From Eremomyces bilateralis CBS 781.70 (Eukaryota), in assembly GCA_010015585.1 (NCBI GenBank), contig ML975178.1: a DNA stretch of 64,000 nucleotides. The stretch is one strand, 5' to 3'. The position numbers were made by a program, and so were the translations under genes. The notes under the pieces were generated by a model. It had not been told where the DNA came from. It saw only the letters and a program-made list of their open reading frames with translations, and did not search any database. Positions 63,101 through 64,000 of the stretch are shown piece by piece (position 1 is the stretch's first letter; the number at the start of each line of letters is the position of its first letter).

Positions 63101-64000
63101 GATCTCTGCCCTAGTTTCTCAACAACGTCCAATGGGGAATCCTCCGATCTCTGAGCGAGATACGCTGGTGCCCGGTCTCAGCCTGCCCGGGGGCACGGAT
63201 CGGCATCTGTTCTTTTTTGGTCGGAGACGACCGTTGCGTCGTTGCGTCGTTTGCATCGTTGTGAAGATGGCATGCAGGTTGAATGGGCGATCATCGTCCT
63301 TTTGTTTCCGCTGGCGGGACACCACGATCCTTTTGAAAACCTGGATACTATACTGTGTAGTATCTACGCCACTTCGGCGAAATTAATTCTCGCCGAGATG
63401 AATGGGTAACATCGACTGTGGAGCAGGTTCCGTCTCCGTTCAGCACTTCACCCGTCGAGGACTACAAAGTGGGACGTCGATTCATGGCAAACTTCGAGAT
63501 GATTGTACATCCACTCCTGTTTTAAAGTTGGAACCATTCGATTTTCGATAATGGAGTTGCAGTGAGTCCTGAACTCCTGGTGTCATCGCTCAATACTTCC
63601 CCATCGTGACGACGACCCAATCCTTTCGTACATATGGCACCACCCACGAGTTTGTTTCGAGGGGCTATTGAATTCGGTTGGCCAGAGCCCAGAAGCCTTT
63701 CCCAGTCTGGTGATGAAAAGCAGAAAAAGCGAAAAGCCAACACACGTCCTGACTCCTGGCATTACCGTCCACTGCAGAGGCTACTGCAGAATGCAGATAC
63801 GACGTCAAGCGTTAAGCATGTGCTTTTGACGCGGCCCAGAATAGGGCTTGGGGAATTAGGCGCCCAATGCGCGAGACCACCATGAAGGATCCTGGTTCTT
63901 GGTCTGTCGCACTCGCGCATATCCAGCATGGAGAGACGCTGGGAGAAATCGAGCACGATCCTTTGCCTTCCGGTCATTCGGCAAAATGACTGGTTGAGCC

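Noticed and set aside
1..64000. CRISPR arrays, rRNA (including a 5S target site), tRNA, telomerase RNA template
   Set aside because: Eukaryotic sequence with no spaced repeats or recognisable RNA-gene signatures by eye; a covariance-model search would be needed to exclude small ncRNAs

Overview
Gene-dense, intron-containing genomic DNA from a filamentous ascomycete (Pezizomycotina), judged from short GT-AG introns with CTAAC/CTGAC branch points and from the gene content. The first ~5 kb is accessory: a decayed Tc1/mariner transposase with unusual DD38E spacing and an inward-pointing Myb/SANT-domain gene of the kind reported at Starship element ends. From 5.2 to 60 kb lie about 20 core genes: PDA1, MRPL17, DRS2, a RING-ZZ-SH3 protein, HAT1, a ZIP/ATX2 transporter, an EBP protein, an ADAM protease, acetyl-CoA synthetase, TMEM115-like, SGF11, POP1, DBF2/Sid2, WBP11, HSP12, DJ-1/PfpI, cryptochrome-DASH, glutamate decarboxylase, a fasciclin and a Zn2Cys6 factor. 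A 173-bp TA-flanked MITE and a BTB relic sit at ~32 kb. The most notable unexplained signals are the possible Starship end, recurrent C-rich-to-G-rich strand-skew islands inside gene bodies, and a stress/light gene neighbourhood with ATF/CRE motifs. No rRNA, tRNA or CRISPR was recognised. All calls and intron boundaries were made by eye without database searches.
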